64,000 nucleotides of DNA from an uncultured delta proteobacterium (GCA_963827685.1 CAWHBU010000001.1:1-64000), one strand, 5' to 3'; counted from the stretch's first letter, positions 32,838 through 43,463 are shown. The notes: generated from the sequence alone by a model not told the origin. Numbers and translations are program-made.

Positions 32838-34409
32838 TCAATCCGATGGTTCTATGATTCCCTTGCCCATTGTCTTGTGCAGCAGAATGTCATCCATCGT
32901 AGTGATTACCCGCAGTATTTCGTTTGGTGAAACAAGCCCCGAGTAAACCAACCGGAACAGTGATGAGCGAAGATTGAGCACGATTCCGTTAGAGAACTTC
33001 GCTTTGACGCCGTACGCCTTTGGGTTCTCCAGCATTGGGCCGGAGGCCTTGGTGCGTTTGCCTTCTTCGGCCTCTTTTCCCGTGATCAGGGTAAGTTCAA
33101 GGCCGGCCTTGCCAGCGAGTTTGAAGAAAGCTTCTAGATCGAACTGTGCATAAATTCTGACCCGATCCATTACGACGTCGAGTACGAGGTCTTTCGGATA
33201 CCAGATGAGCGGTGAGCGGCTCACTCCATAAGTCATGTTGTGCACGACAAGATTAATTAGCGGAGCTTCTCTTTTAAGCGCTTCAATCTCTCTAAGCTCT
33301 TCAATCTCTCCTATCTGACATGTTAGCTCAGGATGCTTGAAATGAAACAAAATGTGATGGAGATTTCTAACATCTCCTAAATCAGCAATTCCTTTTTCTG
33401 AGAGGGCCACTAGGTAGAGACAACCGTCGACTTCCAGAATGCTTGTACCGCGCGCTTTCGCATCAGCCACGAGATCGGGCAGTAGTGGGAGATATAAAGC
33501 CATACCCGGGGGTTTTGCCCTGGTGAGCGCCTCCAAGAGTTCATCGTTTAGCGGAGCAATTTCGTCTCCATGGGCCTGCCGAATAGAAAGGAGTTCCTCT
33601 TTGATCGGCCGCGATTCAGGCTGTAAAATCGGTACCAACTGTTGGAACCTCTCTCGCTGGTGAATCATCCTTAACGCCTGTGTCCTTGCATCAGGTCCTA
33701 ATTTGACTTGGACTTCCTCCAGGTCCGCCTCTGACAAGGTCCCTCCGCGGGAATCGATAAAATCGTCCAGTATATCATTTATTCGGCCATGCTTAATCTC
33801 TTGGAAGCGTAAGTATATACCCTTCTCGTCCCAGCGAATTCTTATTATATCTCCAATCTGAACGATAGTGGTGAGGTCTGAAACTAGATTTATTTCTCTC
33901 TTTGCCCCTTGGTTGAGTTCGCGGGCTATTGACAACATTTTCATTAATTCGTCTGGATCGGGTTGTGGGGCATGACTCTGGATTGCAAGGTGGTTAGCTA
34001 TCCATGTTTCGGGTAGTAGAACCCAGAGCATTCCATCTATTAACCGTCTTAGGATGGTTTGGCGATTTTGGATTGCCTGAAGTTGAGTGCGAGTGTCTTG
34101 CTGTGCCGGGTTTCGATCGATGCGTAGGCGTTTAAGTTGTTCCGATACCTCTCGGCGTTTTTTCTCAAGGTCAATGAAAAGTATCCCAACCGCCCATTGA
34201 GTTTGGGCGAAGGCAGAGAAAAGGCCGTTTTGGAAGCATTCACGAGCATCGTCGTTTACCAGATCATCGCCTAACTTATATCCGGCCGCTTCGAGCGATC
34301 GGATCCCGCCGTCGAATGCAAATTCCAAGAACTTTTTGAGTTGAGGCTCGAATGGCTGTAAGAGGGGGTGCTCAATGACTGGTCTGGCTGGAAGTTTCTT
34401 TCCTTTCAT
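32838..34409 (-). CDS. Hypothetical 523-aa protein, possible degenerate PD-(D/E)xK core
   Basis: Long ORF; SDLTT...GDII...QEIKHG. Confidence 0.65.
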   Translation of the reverse strand: MKGKKLPARPVIEHPLLQPFEPQLKKFLEFAFDGGIRSLEAAGYKLGDDLVNDDARECFQNGLFSAFAQTQWAVGILFIDLEKKRREVSEQLKRLRIDRNPAQQDTRTQLQAIQNRQTILRRLIDGMLWVLLPETWIANHLAIQSHAPQPDPDELMKMLSIARELNQGAKREINLVSDLTTIVQIGDIIRIRWDEKGIYLRFQEIKHGRINDILDDFIDSRGGTLSEADLEEVQVKLGPDARTQALRMIHQRERFQQLVPILQPESRPIKEELLSIRQAHGDEIAPLNDELLEALTRAKPPGMALYLPLLPDLVADAKARGTSILEVDGCLYLVALSEKGIADLGDVRNLHHILFHFKHPELTCQIGEIEELREIEALKREAPLINLVVHNMTYGVSRSPLIWYPKDLVLDVVMDRVRIYAQFDLEAFFKLAGKAGLELTLITGKEAEEGKRTKASGPMLENPKAYGVKAKFSNGIVLNLRSSLFRLVYSGLVSPNEILRVITTMDDILLHKTMGKGIIEPSD

Positions 34410-34583
34410 TTCGTGGGCATTCCGATGGTTAAAACGGATAGATCAGGACCGCGACCAGGCTTAGCTGCAAATAGCTGATGGACTTCAACACATTGTTTCG
34501 GTCCAGGTTGAAATATAAACCATTCTAAAAAATAAAAAAAGCAATGGTTGCAAGGAAGAAAGTGGTAGCCTGTTAGGAGAAAA

Positions 34584-34610
34584 TGTCGCCTTTTTACACA
34601 AAAGACGACA
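34584..34610. repeat. 27-bp palindromic site, copy 3
   Basis: TGTCGCCTTTT TACAC AAAAGACGACA. Confidence 0.8.
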
Positions 34611-34728
34611 ACAAATCGGTCACAAAAATAACCTTTTATATACTCTTTCATTATTGAAACAGGTTCAGATAAGCCTCTTATGGATTACCATTTGAAGGTT
34701 ACACATTTTGGTGAAACCTGTCAACAAG

Positions 34729-34914
34729 GACTTCAGGAAGAAATTTTGTAAAAGGCGCGCGGGCAGATGCCAGCCATTAACCTCACCGGAGGCAGCAGAG
34801 AAATGCCTCGGTCACCACGAGATATTTAAGAGAGAAAAGAAATGAAGGTGGCCTGAACGATACTTAATCTGGCAAATCCCGTCGAACTAACTCCTGATTG
34901 ATAAATACTCCTAC
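34729..34914. repeat. Dispersed intergenic repeat, copy 1
   Basis: aggcgcgcgggcag...ctcaccggaggcagcagagaaatgcctcggtcacc...atttaagagag...tgaacgatacttaa...tcccgtcgaactaactcctgattga. Confidence 0.9.
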
Positions 34915-35154
34915 AAAGTGTGTAGATTAGCCGAGGCTCAGAGTTAAAGATTACCGATGAAAGGGAGCATAAAGGTGATGGTGAGCGGAACCGTTATTTG
35001 ATCGGATCCACTCACTGTTCTCTATAAGCGTCAGCTATGGATTGTGTTGTGATATTCGAGACGACTGGGGTATAATCACCCAACTGTTGCAGGCTAGATC
35101 AACATCAAGCCCTGTGCAAGCTGCTCACCAGATTGTAGTAAACAGGGGCAAACA

Positions 35155-36738
35155 ATGAAATCAGACACTGCTTTATCCGATGTCCAGTTGCAAAAATCTT
35201 ATGACCGCCGTGTCATTTCCTGGGCATGGTATGATTGGGCGAACCACGCCTACATCACCACTACCGCTTCAACCTTCTTTCCTCCTTATTTCATCGCCAT
35301 CGCTACCACATCTTTCATGACAATTGGCGCCTCCGTTAGTGACGAAGCGGCGAAAGCAGTCGCCAGAGATATTGCTTCCAACGTATTTGCCCTGATGATA
35401 TCATTCGCCTTGTTGGTGTCAGCAGTTCTCGCACCGATTGTGGGCGCATACGCCGATATCACCGGGATGCGCAAGCGCCTGTTGATCATTACAACCATTG
35501 CGGCAAGCCTGGTCTCCTCGCTGATGTTCATCCTGGTGACCGGCATGTGGCAGTTGGCATTAGTCCTGTATTTCGTATCCCAGGTCGGCATGAACATTAC
35601 TCTGGGCTTTTCCAGTAGTCTGCTGCCACATGTAGCGTCCCAGAAAGATATGAACCGAGTTTCCAGCCTGGGCTATGCCATGGGCTATGTGGGCGGCGGA
35701 CTGCTGCTCGCCCTGAACACTGTCCTCTACCTGTTTTCGGACAAAATAGGCATCGACAGCACTCTGGCGGTGCGCATCGCTTTTCTCTCCGTAGGGGTAT
35801 GGTGGATCGTCTTCACAATTCCGCTTATCCTCAATGTCAACGAGCCACCCGCCACGCCGCTGGCGCACGGAAGCCGGGGCAGTGGCATCCTCGATTCGCT
35901 CACCCGGCTTACCAATACTGTGCGGGATGCGGCCCGCTACCGTGAAATGTTCAAGATGCTCATCGCTTTCTGGTTTTACATGGAAGGCATCGGAGCAATC
36001 ATCCTCCTGGCAACATCATATGGCGCGGCGTTGGGGCTGAATACGGCCGTGCTGATCAGCACGTTGCTGATGACACAGTTTGTGGCTTTTCCCTATGCGC
36101 TCATCTACGGTCGTATCCCCATCCCGAGCAACCGCTGGCGCAGCGTTTTTGTCTCCATGCTCATCTGGACCGCGGTCACCTTTCCACTGATGGGACTGTA
36201 CGCCAACCTGAACCGAGGGGTGAGTCTCTCTCTTACCTTCGGCATGATCCTGGGAGACCAGGTGCTTGGCGTGTTTTTCTCTTTGCTGTTGGGACGCCGC
36301 TTGTTTTCTGGTCTGGTGCAAAAGCTGGACACCAAACGAGCAGTCATCCTCGGTTTGGTCATTTACACCATCATCCCGGTCTGGGGCTTTCTCCTCAAGA
36401 GTCAGGCAGAGTTCTTCATGATCGGCTGGTTGGTGGGAACAGTGCAGGGGGGTACCCAAGCGCTCAGCCGATCGATTTACGCCTCGATGACCCCGCGGGC
36501 CAAATCGGGCGAGTTCTTTGGACTGTACGGCTTGAGCGAAAAATTTGCAGGAATCCTCGGTCCATTCCTTTATGGCATCGTCGGCACGCTGACCCACAAC
36601 CCGCGTGCCAGCATCCTCTCTATCTCCGTATTCTTCATCACCGGTATCTACATTCTGGTGCGGGTGAATGAAAAGAGAGGCGCTGAAATCGCCGCTGCCG
36701 AAGAAGCCCAGATTGAGGTTCTCAAGGCTGCGGACTGA
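35155..36738 (+). CDS. MFS transporter, UMF1/Atg22-like
   Basis: SWAWYDWANHAY, GGTQALSRS, GEFFGLY. Confidence 0.88.
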   Translation: MKSDTALSDVQLQKSYDRRVISWAWYDWANHAYITTTASTFFPPYFIAIATTSFMTIGASVSDEAAKAVARDIASNVFALMISFALLVSAVLAPIVGAYADITGMRKRLLIITTIAASLVSSLMFILVTGMWQLALVLYFVSQVGMNITLGFSSSLLPHVASQKDMNRVSSLGYAMGYVGGGLLLALNTVLYLFSDKIGIDSTLAVRIAFLSVGVWWIVFTIPLILNVNEPPATPLAHGSRGSGILDSLTRLTNTVRDAARYREMFKMLIAFWFYMEGIGAIILLATSYGAALGLNTAVLISTLLMTQFVAFPYALIYGRIPIPSNRWRSVFVSMLIWTAVTFPLMGLYANLNRGVSLSLTFGMILGDQVLGVFFSLLLGRRLFSGLVQKLDTKRAVILGLVIYTIIPVWGFLLKSQAEFFMIGWLVGTVQGGTQALSRSIYASMTPRAKSGEFFGLYGLSEKFAGILGPFLYGIVGTLTHNPRASILSISVFFITGIYILVRVNEKRGAEIAAAEEAQIEVLKAAD

Positions 36739-36843
36739 ATGAAAGGCTATGGCCTGTTGCTTGTAAATAGGTTCTCGGTTGGATTATAGAGGGAGCCAGA
36801 ATAGCCTAGGAATAGCCGGATATTGTAGGAGAAAATCCACATT

Positions 36844-37051
36844 TCACCTTTCACTCTTCACTTTAAGGGACTACTGAAAGATGAAGATTACAGGTTGCTA
36901 TATTGCATCGGCGGGAGAAATTAAAAAATCACGATTTCAGGAAGAAGCTTTGTAAAAGGCGCGCGGGCAGATAGCAGCCAAAAACCTCACCGGAGGCAGC
37001 AGAGAAATGCCTCGGTCACCACAAGACATTTAAGAGAGAAGAGAAATGAAG
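36844..37051. repeat. Dispersed intergenic repeat, copy 2
   Basis: Near-identical core to 34729-34850 plus a 5' segment shared with 51661-51758. Confidence 0.88.
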
Positions 37052-37191
37052 CCTCTGACGTCAGATTTGATTTTTAACTATAGAAAATTGTGGATCTTGA
37101 AACCCATCGTAAGCTTACACAACGGTTTTTTTATGCCAGATAGAGCTGCTCCTTTTTCCACGAGTGCAGGTCTGAATTCAAGTGAGAGTTG

Positions 37192-38067
37192 TCATTTAAC
37201 CCGCCTTTTAAAGAGCCTTCGGAACAGCTTGGGTAAAAACCAGATGCCTGGGATGATCAGGACCAACCAAGGGACGACCGCTACGATGAAGGTAAGGACC
37301 GCTGCGATGCTGTTTGCGAATACATGTCCCATTCCATGCCAGGTGGATATAATCGGTGCCAAGGCCCCCGTCTCCGCAATGGACGGCTTCGGTCGGAAAT
37401 CAATGGCCACAGCAACTTTCTCCGTCTCATTGGCAAGTGCTTTCCGACTTGCTACCAGGCTATCCAACTCTGATTGTGCTTTGGACAATTCCCGCTCAAC
37501 CTCTACCACATCTTTCAAACTGCCTGTGCGGGTGGTCAATATCGTACGCAGCCGATTCCGCAATTCAGTGAGATTTTTGATCTTGGCTTCGACATCGATA
37601 ACCGTGCTGGTCTTATCTTCGCTTTCCGTGTTTTGGGTTACAACATTACCCACTTTGTTAATATGTTCCAGAAGGGGTTTTAGATGCTGGGGAAGAACCC
37701 GCAAAACGAGATTGCCGGAGGGCGGTGAGTATGGAGTCTTTTTATTTATGGTGGATTCCAAAATATCGCAATGGATGCTCCGGCAGAACTCATTCACCGA
37801 TTCCCATGCCTTTTCCAAATCAGACTCTGAAGTCTCCACAACAAAATGATGCCTCATGGCGATATAGCGTTTGGATTCGACATCAGGATCATTCTTGAAT
37901 TTTTCTTTATCCTGTCTAACTCTTTCTTCATATTGTCTAACTTTGGCCAGATTAGGAACCGCAGCAGATTTGAGGTATCTTGAAGCTTGCTGATATTCCT
38001 CTGCTTTGCCGCAACCACCCATCAGCAATAGACCGATCATGCCAAGTAATATGAGTCTTCTAATCAT
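37192..38067 (-). CDS. DUF4349-type lipoprotein
   Basis: MGGC lipobox; SEDKT...IDVEAKIKNL...VERELSK; C-terminal TM. Confidence 0.8.
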   Translation of the reverse strand: MIRRLILLGMIGLLLMGGCGKAEEYQQASRYLKSAAVPNLAKVRQYEERVRQDKEKFKNDPDVESKRYIAMRHHFVVETSESDLEKAWESVNEFCRSIHCDILESTINKKTPYSPPSGNLVLRVLPQHLKPLLEHINKVGNVVTQNTESEDKTSTVIDVEAKIKNLTELRNRLRTILTTRTGSLKDVVEVERELSKAQSELDSLVASRKALANETEKVAVAIDFRPKPSIAETGALAPIISTWHGMGHVFANSIAAVLTFIVAVVPWLVLIIPGIWFLPKLFRRLFKRRVK

Positions 38068-38140
38068 AGAACCATTCTCCCTTTTATAGATATTTCTTAG
38101 GGGCCCCCTTTTACTGATACAAACCTATTCATTAATTCTA

Positions 38141-38188
38141 CCCCCCCACCCTCCCCTCCCCCTCAAGGGGGGAGGGTTAGGGAGGGGG
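38141..38188. repeat. REP-like C-run/G-run hairpin
   Basis: C-run arm ending cccctcaagggggg followed by agggttagggaggggg. Confidence 0.7.
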
Positions 38189-38239
38189 TAAGAGTCTTGG
38201 AAGCTATTCTATACTTTCTTATCTCATTTGACAACTCAG

Positions 38240-39052
38240 TTATCCCTTGAAGTCCTTTGGGATCGGAGCAAATTCCAAATCATCAGGCCAGAATCTGTTT
38301 TTCGGACCGCATGAGATGATTCCTTTCCGGCAAAGCTCTGATCGCCACTCGTATTTTAGAACGATTTTTTCCGCGATGGTATGCTCAGGATCAAATTGGA
38401 CCATGGTGACAGGAGAGTAGGTTGTTTCTCCAAAGCCGGTGCCAGGCTGCTCGCTCTCTTTCAGTATATTTTTGCCGGCGGCACGACTCTCACTTGACGC
38501 TGAAGGTGCCCCTGCCGCAGGCGCTTCCTTCTTTCGAAATGACATATCGAAGTATGGGGCGATTTCGGCTATCTTTTCTTTATAGACAGCAAGCGCGATG
38601 GTCCCCAAGGCCGAAGCATCGGCAAATACTTTTTCGGCATAGGAATCGAACTGCTCGGTAAAATAGAACCTGTTGGTCCTGTCCATGCCTGTTCGCCAGC
38701 CTTCAAAGGTATTGGTATCATAAGGCCCGATGATATACATCCTTTCATTCCTGAGGAGATCTGATTTTTTGCCGTCAATGATATTTCTTCCATCCACTGC
38801 GATGACGACGCCAATACGCCTGTCCGATTTATTTGTAACCTGAATAGAGTATCTCTGTCCCTTGACTGCTTCCATATAGTAATACTCCCCTTCCTGATGG
38901 CCACGCAGAAAGGTTTTGTATTTCGGAAACACCCCCCCCTTATCCGAGACAATCCGCACATCGACAACATCGGTCTTCCCAAAATGCGCACATCCCAGTG
39001 TCGGAGTGACCAAACTGATAAACAATACCGCAATGAAAGCAATTCGTCTCAT
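38240..39052 (-). CDS. Conserved-looking secreted hypothetical protein
   Basis: Signal peptide; VVIAVDGRNIIDG, FEGWR, GTGFGE motifs; AGGAGG RBS. Confidence 0.75.
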   Translation of the reverse strand: MRRIAFIAVLFISLVTPTLGCAHFGKTDVVDVRIVSDKGGVFPKYKTFLRGHQEGEYYYMEAVKGQRYSIQVTNKSDRRIGVVIAVDGRNIIDGKKSDLLRNERMYIIGPYDTNTFEGWRTGMDRTNRFYFTEQFDSYAEKVFADASALGTIALAVYKEKIAEIAPYFDMSFRKKEAPAAGAPSASSESRAAGKNILKESEQPGTGFGETTYSPVTMVQFDPEHTIAEKIVLKYEWRSELCRKGIISCGPKNRFWPDDLEFAPIPKDFKG

Positions 39053-39086
39053 AACGTTACCTCCTTTTTGAGTGTCTTTTGATTTA

Positions 39087-39114
39087 ATAGACAACCGGAA
39101 CAGAAAAAAGTTCC
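39087..39114 (-). promoter_or_regulatory. Putative ECF (sigmaE/AlgU-type) promoter
   Basis: Minus strand GGAACTT-N16-TCTAT upstream of the 39052 start. Confidence 0.45.
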
Positions 39115-39150
39115 CTGTTTAGGAAAAGTTTTTCAGTTAGATGGGGGAAT

Positions 39151-39262
39151 TGATACGTTCGACAGCGCCAAACCCGAATTCTTGAATAGGGCTTAAAAGC
39201 GCGGCTAAGTATCAACCCTGAGCATACCCCGGGTTTCAGACCGGGGAGTCGAATGGGTTGAT
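39151..39262. repeat. Degenerate TTCGAC...CCCTGAGC...GTCGAA REP-like element with nested hairpins
   Basis: ttcgacag...atcaaccctgagcata[ccccgggtttcagaccgggg]agtcgaatgggttgat. Confidence 0.55.
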
Positions 39263-39393
39263 TTCAGTGGCAAGAAGATTGATGAGTGAAGAAAAAACAG
39301 AAAGGCAGGTTCTTTAAGCTCCTGGGGACTTGATCATTGACTGCAGAAAATCCTGGACCCTGATTCAAATGCAACTTAGGCATACCTCCTCAT

Positions 39394-39531
39394 GAACCTC
39401 ACTGGAGGCAGCAGAGAAATGCCTCGGTCACCACGAGACATTTAAGAGAGAAGGAGAAACGAATGCGCCTTGAACGATACTTAATCTTACAAATCCCGTC
39501 GAACTAACTCCTGATTGACAAGTATACCTAC
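39394..39531. repeat. Dispersed intergenic repeat, copy 3
   Basis: gaacctcactggaggcagcagagaaatgcctcggtcacc...cccgtcgaactaactcctgattgac. Confidence 0.9.
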
Positions 39532-39679
39532 GACTGTCCACTCCGAGCTAACCTTCAAGGTTAGCGATTACGATTAGAAAGCAAGCATAAGTAAGGCTTT
39601 AAAAAAAGGTAGGGCCTTATCCGACAATGCCTTTGCTCCTTTGTCCCCAATCAAGCTGTTGCGAAACCCCAATTTCAGT

Positions 39680-40717
39680 TTAGAACTTGTAGAGGATCGT
39701 TAACCAACTATTTATCCCCTGAGGCCTATTTCTCGCTTCAATTTCGTAATCAACGCGGGCTTCCGCGATCCAATGTTTGTAAGTCCACCACACACCAGGA
39801 CCAACGGCAAAGACCTCACCCAAATTGTTCTTTACCCTTCCTGCAGTCGTCTCATCGTCTGTGGTTTGTTTATAAAAATATCCAGTGGCTCCAGCCCTAA
39901 ATTGATGTGCAGCACCGGTCTTGCTGAGGGCATACGCAATGGCGTAATCAAAGTGAAAATCTTGTCCGGGCGTAAGGTTAGTTCGTACACCAACTAAATT
40001 CTTATTTCCTATTTTTGCAGCCGTGGGAGCATTAATAATGTAATTGTCGTTTCTCGAGTTGAAACTATAATCCATTTTTATATCCAATTCGAGATCTGGG
40101 TGCCACGGTAAAAAAAGTGTGGCTGCAATAACAGGCGACACGGACCAAACATTATTCCCAATATTGACTAAACGCTTTGGACCCCATTGACCGGTTGGAG
40201 AAGTTATATCCACGGCAGTAATAAAATGAAATAAACCACTTTTGGTGTGCCATCCTATGCCAGGACCAAGGGTAATATCACCTACTCCAGTGTGGTGGTC
40301 AGACTGGTCTGTGGGTAGGTCCAGTTTGATACGAGAACTTACCACGGGGATAATTGCGTGTCCTATCAGATATCCATCTAATCCCGCAACAGAAAGCTTT
40401 AGTGGGGAGATATAAATGAATCGTGTGGAGGAGACTACGACTTGGAGTTTATCTAATGCATACCCCTCGGTCTTAAGGCTTACAGTATGATTGAGTCCGT
40501 AACCGTGATTAGTCTCTAGCTTTTTGGCAGTATAATAGTCAATGTACTCCTTAATAACAAAAGCTTCGCCCGGAGGGGTGACCCCCGACAAGAAGGATTC
40601 AGCCCCCAGGGGCTCAGGAGTCAGTCCTCCAGCAAAAGCAAGAAGAGGAGAAAATAAAGTGACTGGAATAACCAATGTAGCCATAAACCATGGCATTAAT
40701 CTCCCCTTACGTTCCAT
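39680..40717 (-). CDS. SphA/phenol meta-pathway family outer-membrane transporter
   Basis: GVGDI, PTG...NIGNN, GYFYKQTTDD, FAVGPG, terminal Phe. Confidence 0.75.
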   Translation of the reverse strand: MERKGRLMPWFMATLVIPVTLFSPLLAFAGGLTPEPLGAESFLSGVTPPGEAFVIKEYIDYYTAKKLETNHGYGLNHTVSLKTEGYALDKLQVVVSSTRFIYISPLKLSVAGLDGYLIGHAIIPVVSSRIKLDLPTDQSDHHTGVGDITLGPGIGWHTKSGLFHFITAVDITSPTGQWGPKRLVNIGNNVWSVSPVIAATLFLPWHPDLELDIKMDYSFNSRNDNYIINAPTAAKIGNKNLVGVRTNLTPGQDFHFDYAIAYALSKTGAAHQFRAGATGYFYKQTTDDETTAGRVKNNLGEVFAVGPGVWWTYKHWIAEARVDYEIEARNRPQGINSWLTILYKF

Positions 40718-40739
40718 AATCGTCCCTCCTTCTTCAAAT

Positions 40740-41635
40740 TTAATCACTGTGGTCATTCGTCATGGAACTCCGGTAGATAGCATTGGATTGGTGGATAGCA
40801 CTGGATTGAAAGGTAAAGTACAACTCAGCCTTAACCCCACCTTTCATAGGGGAAATGCCAAAACCGTATGTTTTATCTTTAGGGAGGTTTAAGAACGAAT
40901 CATGGACAGTTGCACTGAGGAAATTCCCTAGGGCAGCACCGGCCAGAACGTCCGATGGGTAATGCGCTTGAGCTTCCACTCGCCCCCAGGCAACAGTCGA
41001 ACCAAGTAGAATGTTTACGACTTTCAGTGGGATTCTTACCTCCTGAGGTAATTCAATAGAATCGAGATTTCGATTACTGAGGGCCACTGATGAGAAGGCA
41101 GCGAGGCTTCTCCGGAAGGAAAACTTTTATTGCTACTCCCGTTTGGTCGAGTACGACCAGTGGTATCCTTTAACAAGCTTGTCGCTCCAGCCGTCAACAG
41201 CTCAGCAGCTCCCTCCACTGCAATACCCTTCAGCTTCGAATATACCCAGTCCTTGGAATCACCACCACTCGGAGTAGCAAGCGCAGTGATAAACACCTCT
41301 GTATACAGAGGAATCTCCAAGTACAAGTTGTAATTTGCCGCATTTTGGGTAGATCCGAAAATGGGTGTATGTCCAGTAGCCCAATGCGAAACTTTCTTGT
41401 CCCATTTACTCAACCCGAAGACGAGCGCTCCTGCCACAGGGATGAAAGTCTGTGGATCTACCAGAGCATTAAATGCAGCACGAGGGATCTTCTTAAGCTC
41501 TACCGGGTAGATCGCGTCCTGGCCCCAACCCCGGCCATTATTTAACGTCCCGCACCCTGTCATGGCAAAAATGATGAATGCCACTGCTAACAGAACCATC
41601 AGATTGGAACGTTTCAGGCCATAGTAAATCGGCAT
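40740..41635 (-). pseudogene. PAP2-family lipoprotein split by a frameshift near 41103
   Basis: K...R.RP...SFPSG in one frame; RVEAQAHYPSDV in the next. Confidence 0.75.
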
Positions 41636-41852
41636 GCCCACCACCTCCTTTTTCCCCAATACGATGAACTCCCGAAGCTAAGGGGAATTAACCGTACGAT
41701 GTCCCATCGGAAACAACGACGGTTTCCAGCGTTTTCTCACCCTGTTAGAATAATTATTTTGGGGGACTATGCCCTAAGGGGCATCTGCCTTTTCAGCAAT
41801 GAGGGTTTAAAAAATGGAAAAAGAATTAACGAGGAATACCAACCCAGGTTTC

Positions 41853-42188
41853 TTAACAACGGAGGACGAGGCTTTTTTGATCGAGGGAAGAAGATTGGGA
41901 AGAGAAGACAGAAAGCTGCTCGAAAACACTGGTTTCAGGAAAGAACACGTGGAACAAAGCATTTGATCCGATTGATCCGAGGAGGTTCAAGTGGTTCTGA
42001 CAATCGGGTAACAGGTACTCGTCATCTAGATCCGGATTCTCAAACTTTGGCTCAGGAGAAACAGGAGAAAAGAGATCATCGTCTGCTAAACCGCAGTAAA
42101 GGAGGTAACCCGAAAGGACAGGAACGGAAAGAGACATTATTAAAGCGAAAAGAATCCGAAATTTTTTCAATCCACTAAGCATATCCAC
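41853..42188 (-). CDS. Small membrane-anchored hypothetical protein
   Basis: N-terminal hydrophobic helix, acidic tail ending VLRC. Confidence 0.55.
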   Translation of the reverse strand: MDMLSGLKKFRILFALIMSLSVPVLSGYLLYCGLADDDLFSPVSPEPKFENPDLDDEYLLPDCQNHLNLLGSIGSNALFHVFFPETSVFEQLSVFSSQSSSLDQKSLVLRC

Positions 42189-42290
42189 CTTCTGGGTTGA
42201 AGATTGTAAGAATAATACTTGCTTACGGCGTTATATTACGAATTTCTTATGATAAAGTTAAGAAAAAGACGTCGGTTCTTCAGTAAAAAA

Positions 42291-42971
42291 TTAGCCCCGA
42301 TCTTCCATGACATAACCCACCCCTTTCACGGTGTGGAGAAGTTTGGGTTCGAATTCCTTATCGATCTTATTCCGTAAATGAAAAACATGGACATCCACCA
42401 CATTGGTAGAGGGGTCAAAGTGGCAATCAAAGATCTTCTCAGAAATCATGGTTCGAGTAATGATCTCGCCAGGGTGTCTCATGAAGAACTCAAGGAGAGC
42501 ATATTCCTTCGGGGTGAGCTCGATCTTGACTTTTTCCCGAAAAACCCGATGCCCATCGGATTCTAAAATGAGGTTAGCCACTTGCAATCTTGAAGTGGAG
42601 ATATTTGTCTTGCCTCTTCTCAGGATAGCCCGAATCCTGGCAAGCAATTCATTAAAAGAGAAAGGTTTGGTTAGGTAATCATCCGCTCCTAAATTTAACC
42701 CTCTAACAATATCACTGTCCGAATCCTTTGCCGTTAAGAGGATCACAGCGGTTTGAATATCCATGGATCGGATCTTTTTCAGAACCTCCCTCCCATCCAT
42801 TTTCGGAAGCATGATGTCAAGGACGATCAGATCGTCGTATTTCATATGAGACGCAAGCTGCAACCCCTCTTCTCCATTCGAAGCCACATCCACAGAAAAG
42901 GCTTTTTCTACCAGTCCTTTCTTAACGAATTGGACAATGCCTTTGTCGTCTTCGACCAATAAAATTCTCAT
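42291..42971 (-). CDS. OmpR-family response regulator (CusR/CzcR-like), no adjacent kinase
   Basis: MRILLVEDD, LDIMLP, GADDYLTKPF, LHTVKGVGY. Confidence 0.92.
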   Translation of the reverse strand: MRILLVEDDKGIVQFVKKGLVEKAFSVDVASNGEEGLQLASHMKYDDLIVLDIMLPKMDGREVLKKIRSMDIQTAVILLTAKDSDSDIVRGLNLGADDYLTKPFSFNELLARIRAILRRGKTNISTSRLQVANLILESDGHRVFREKVKIELTPKEYALLEFFMRHPGEIITRTMISEKIFDCHFDPSTNVVDVHVFHLRNKIDKEFEPKLLHTVKGVGYVMEDRG

Positions 42972-43313
42972 CGGTTTTTATTCTAACAACTCCTTTTTTT
43001 ATGCCACTCTGTTGCACCTGTGTATTGTGAAATTCCAAAAAGCCATTGCCACAGCGACGGGCACTTGGCGGTCATATTCGAAAGGGATGGCAGGAACAAA
43101 CCTAGCCCCACGCGGATATGTCACTGAGTCGTCGTTAAGGATTCCTTTGACCTCCTTTCCCGTCCTCCCTCTTCTTCCAAATCTTAAACAAACTAAGATT
43201 AAAGAAAGGTTAGAATAAGGTTAAGATTTGTTAATTTTATGGAGTAAGGGCGCTCAAGTTCACTGGGTCTTATCCCTGATCAGGGCAAATCAATTTTTTA
43301 TTAATCAGAGAAA

Positions 43314-43339
43314 TGTCGCCTTTTATGCGAAAGGCGACA
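43314..43339. repeat. Palindromic site, copy 4 (26 bp)
   Basis: TGTCGCCTTTT ATGC GAAAGGCGACA. Confidence 0.8.
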
Positions 43340-43463
43340 CGCAGACCGTGCTCGCAACTCTAAGACCTCTCTCTTCAGGCCTCCCACTTTCCTAAATGAG
43401 ATTGTAAAAATTATCTTTTTAAAGATTTGCACTTGACCTTCCCCTGAAAAAGTGGACACATGA

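Noticed and set aside
36930-37049. Dispersed repeat translates as HDFRK...CLGH, like a tyrosine recombinase box II
   Set aside because: Spacing is 3 residues too long, there is no catalytic Tyr and an internal stop in this copy; probably coincidence, though tBLASTx would settle it.
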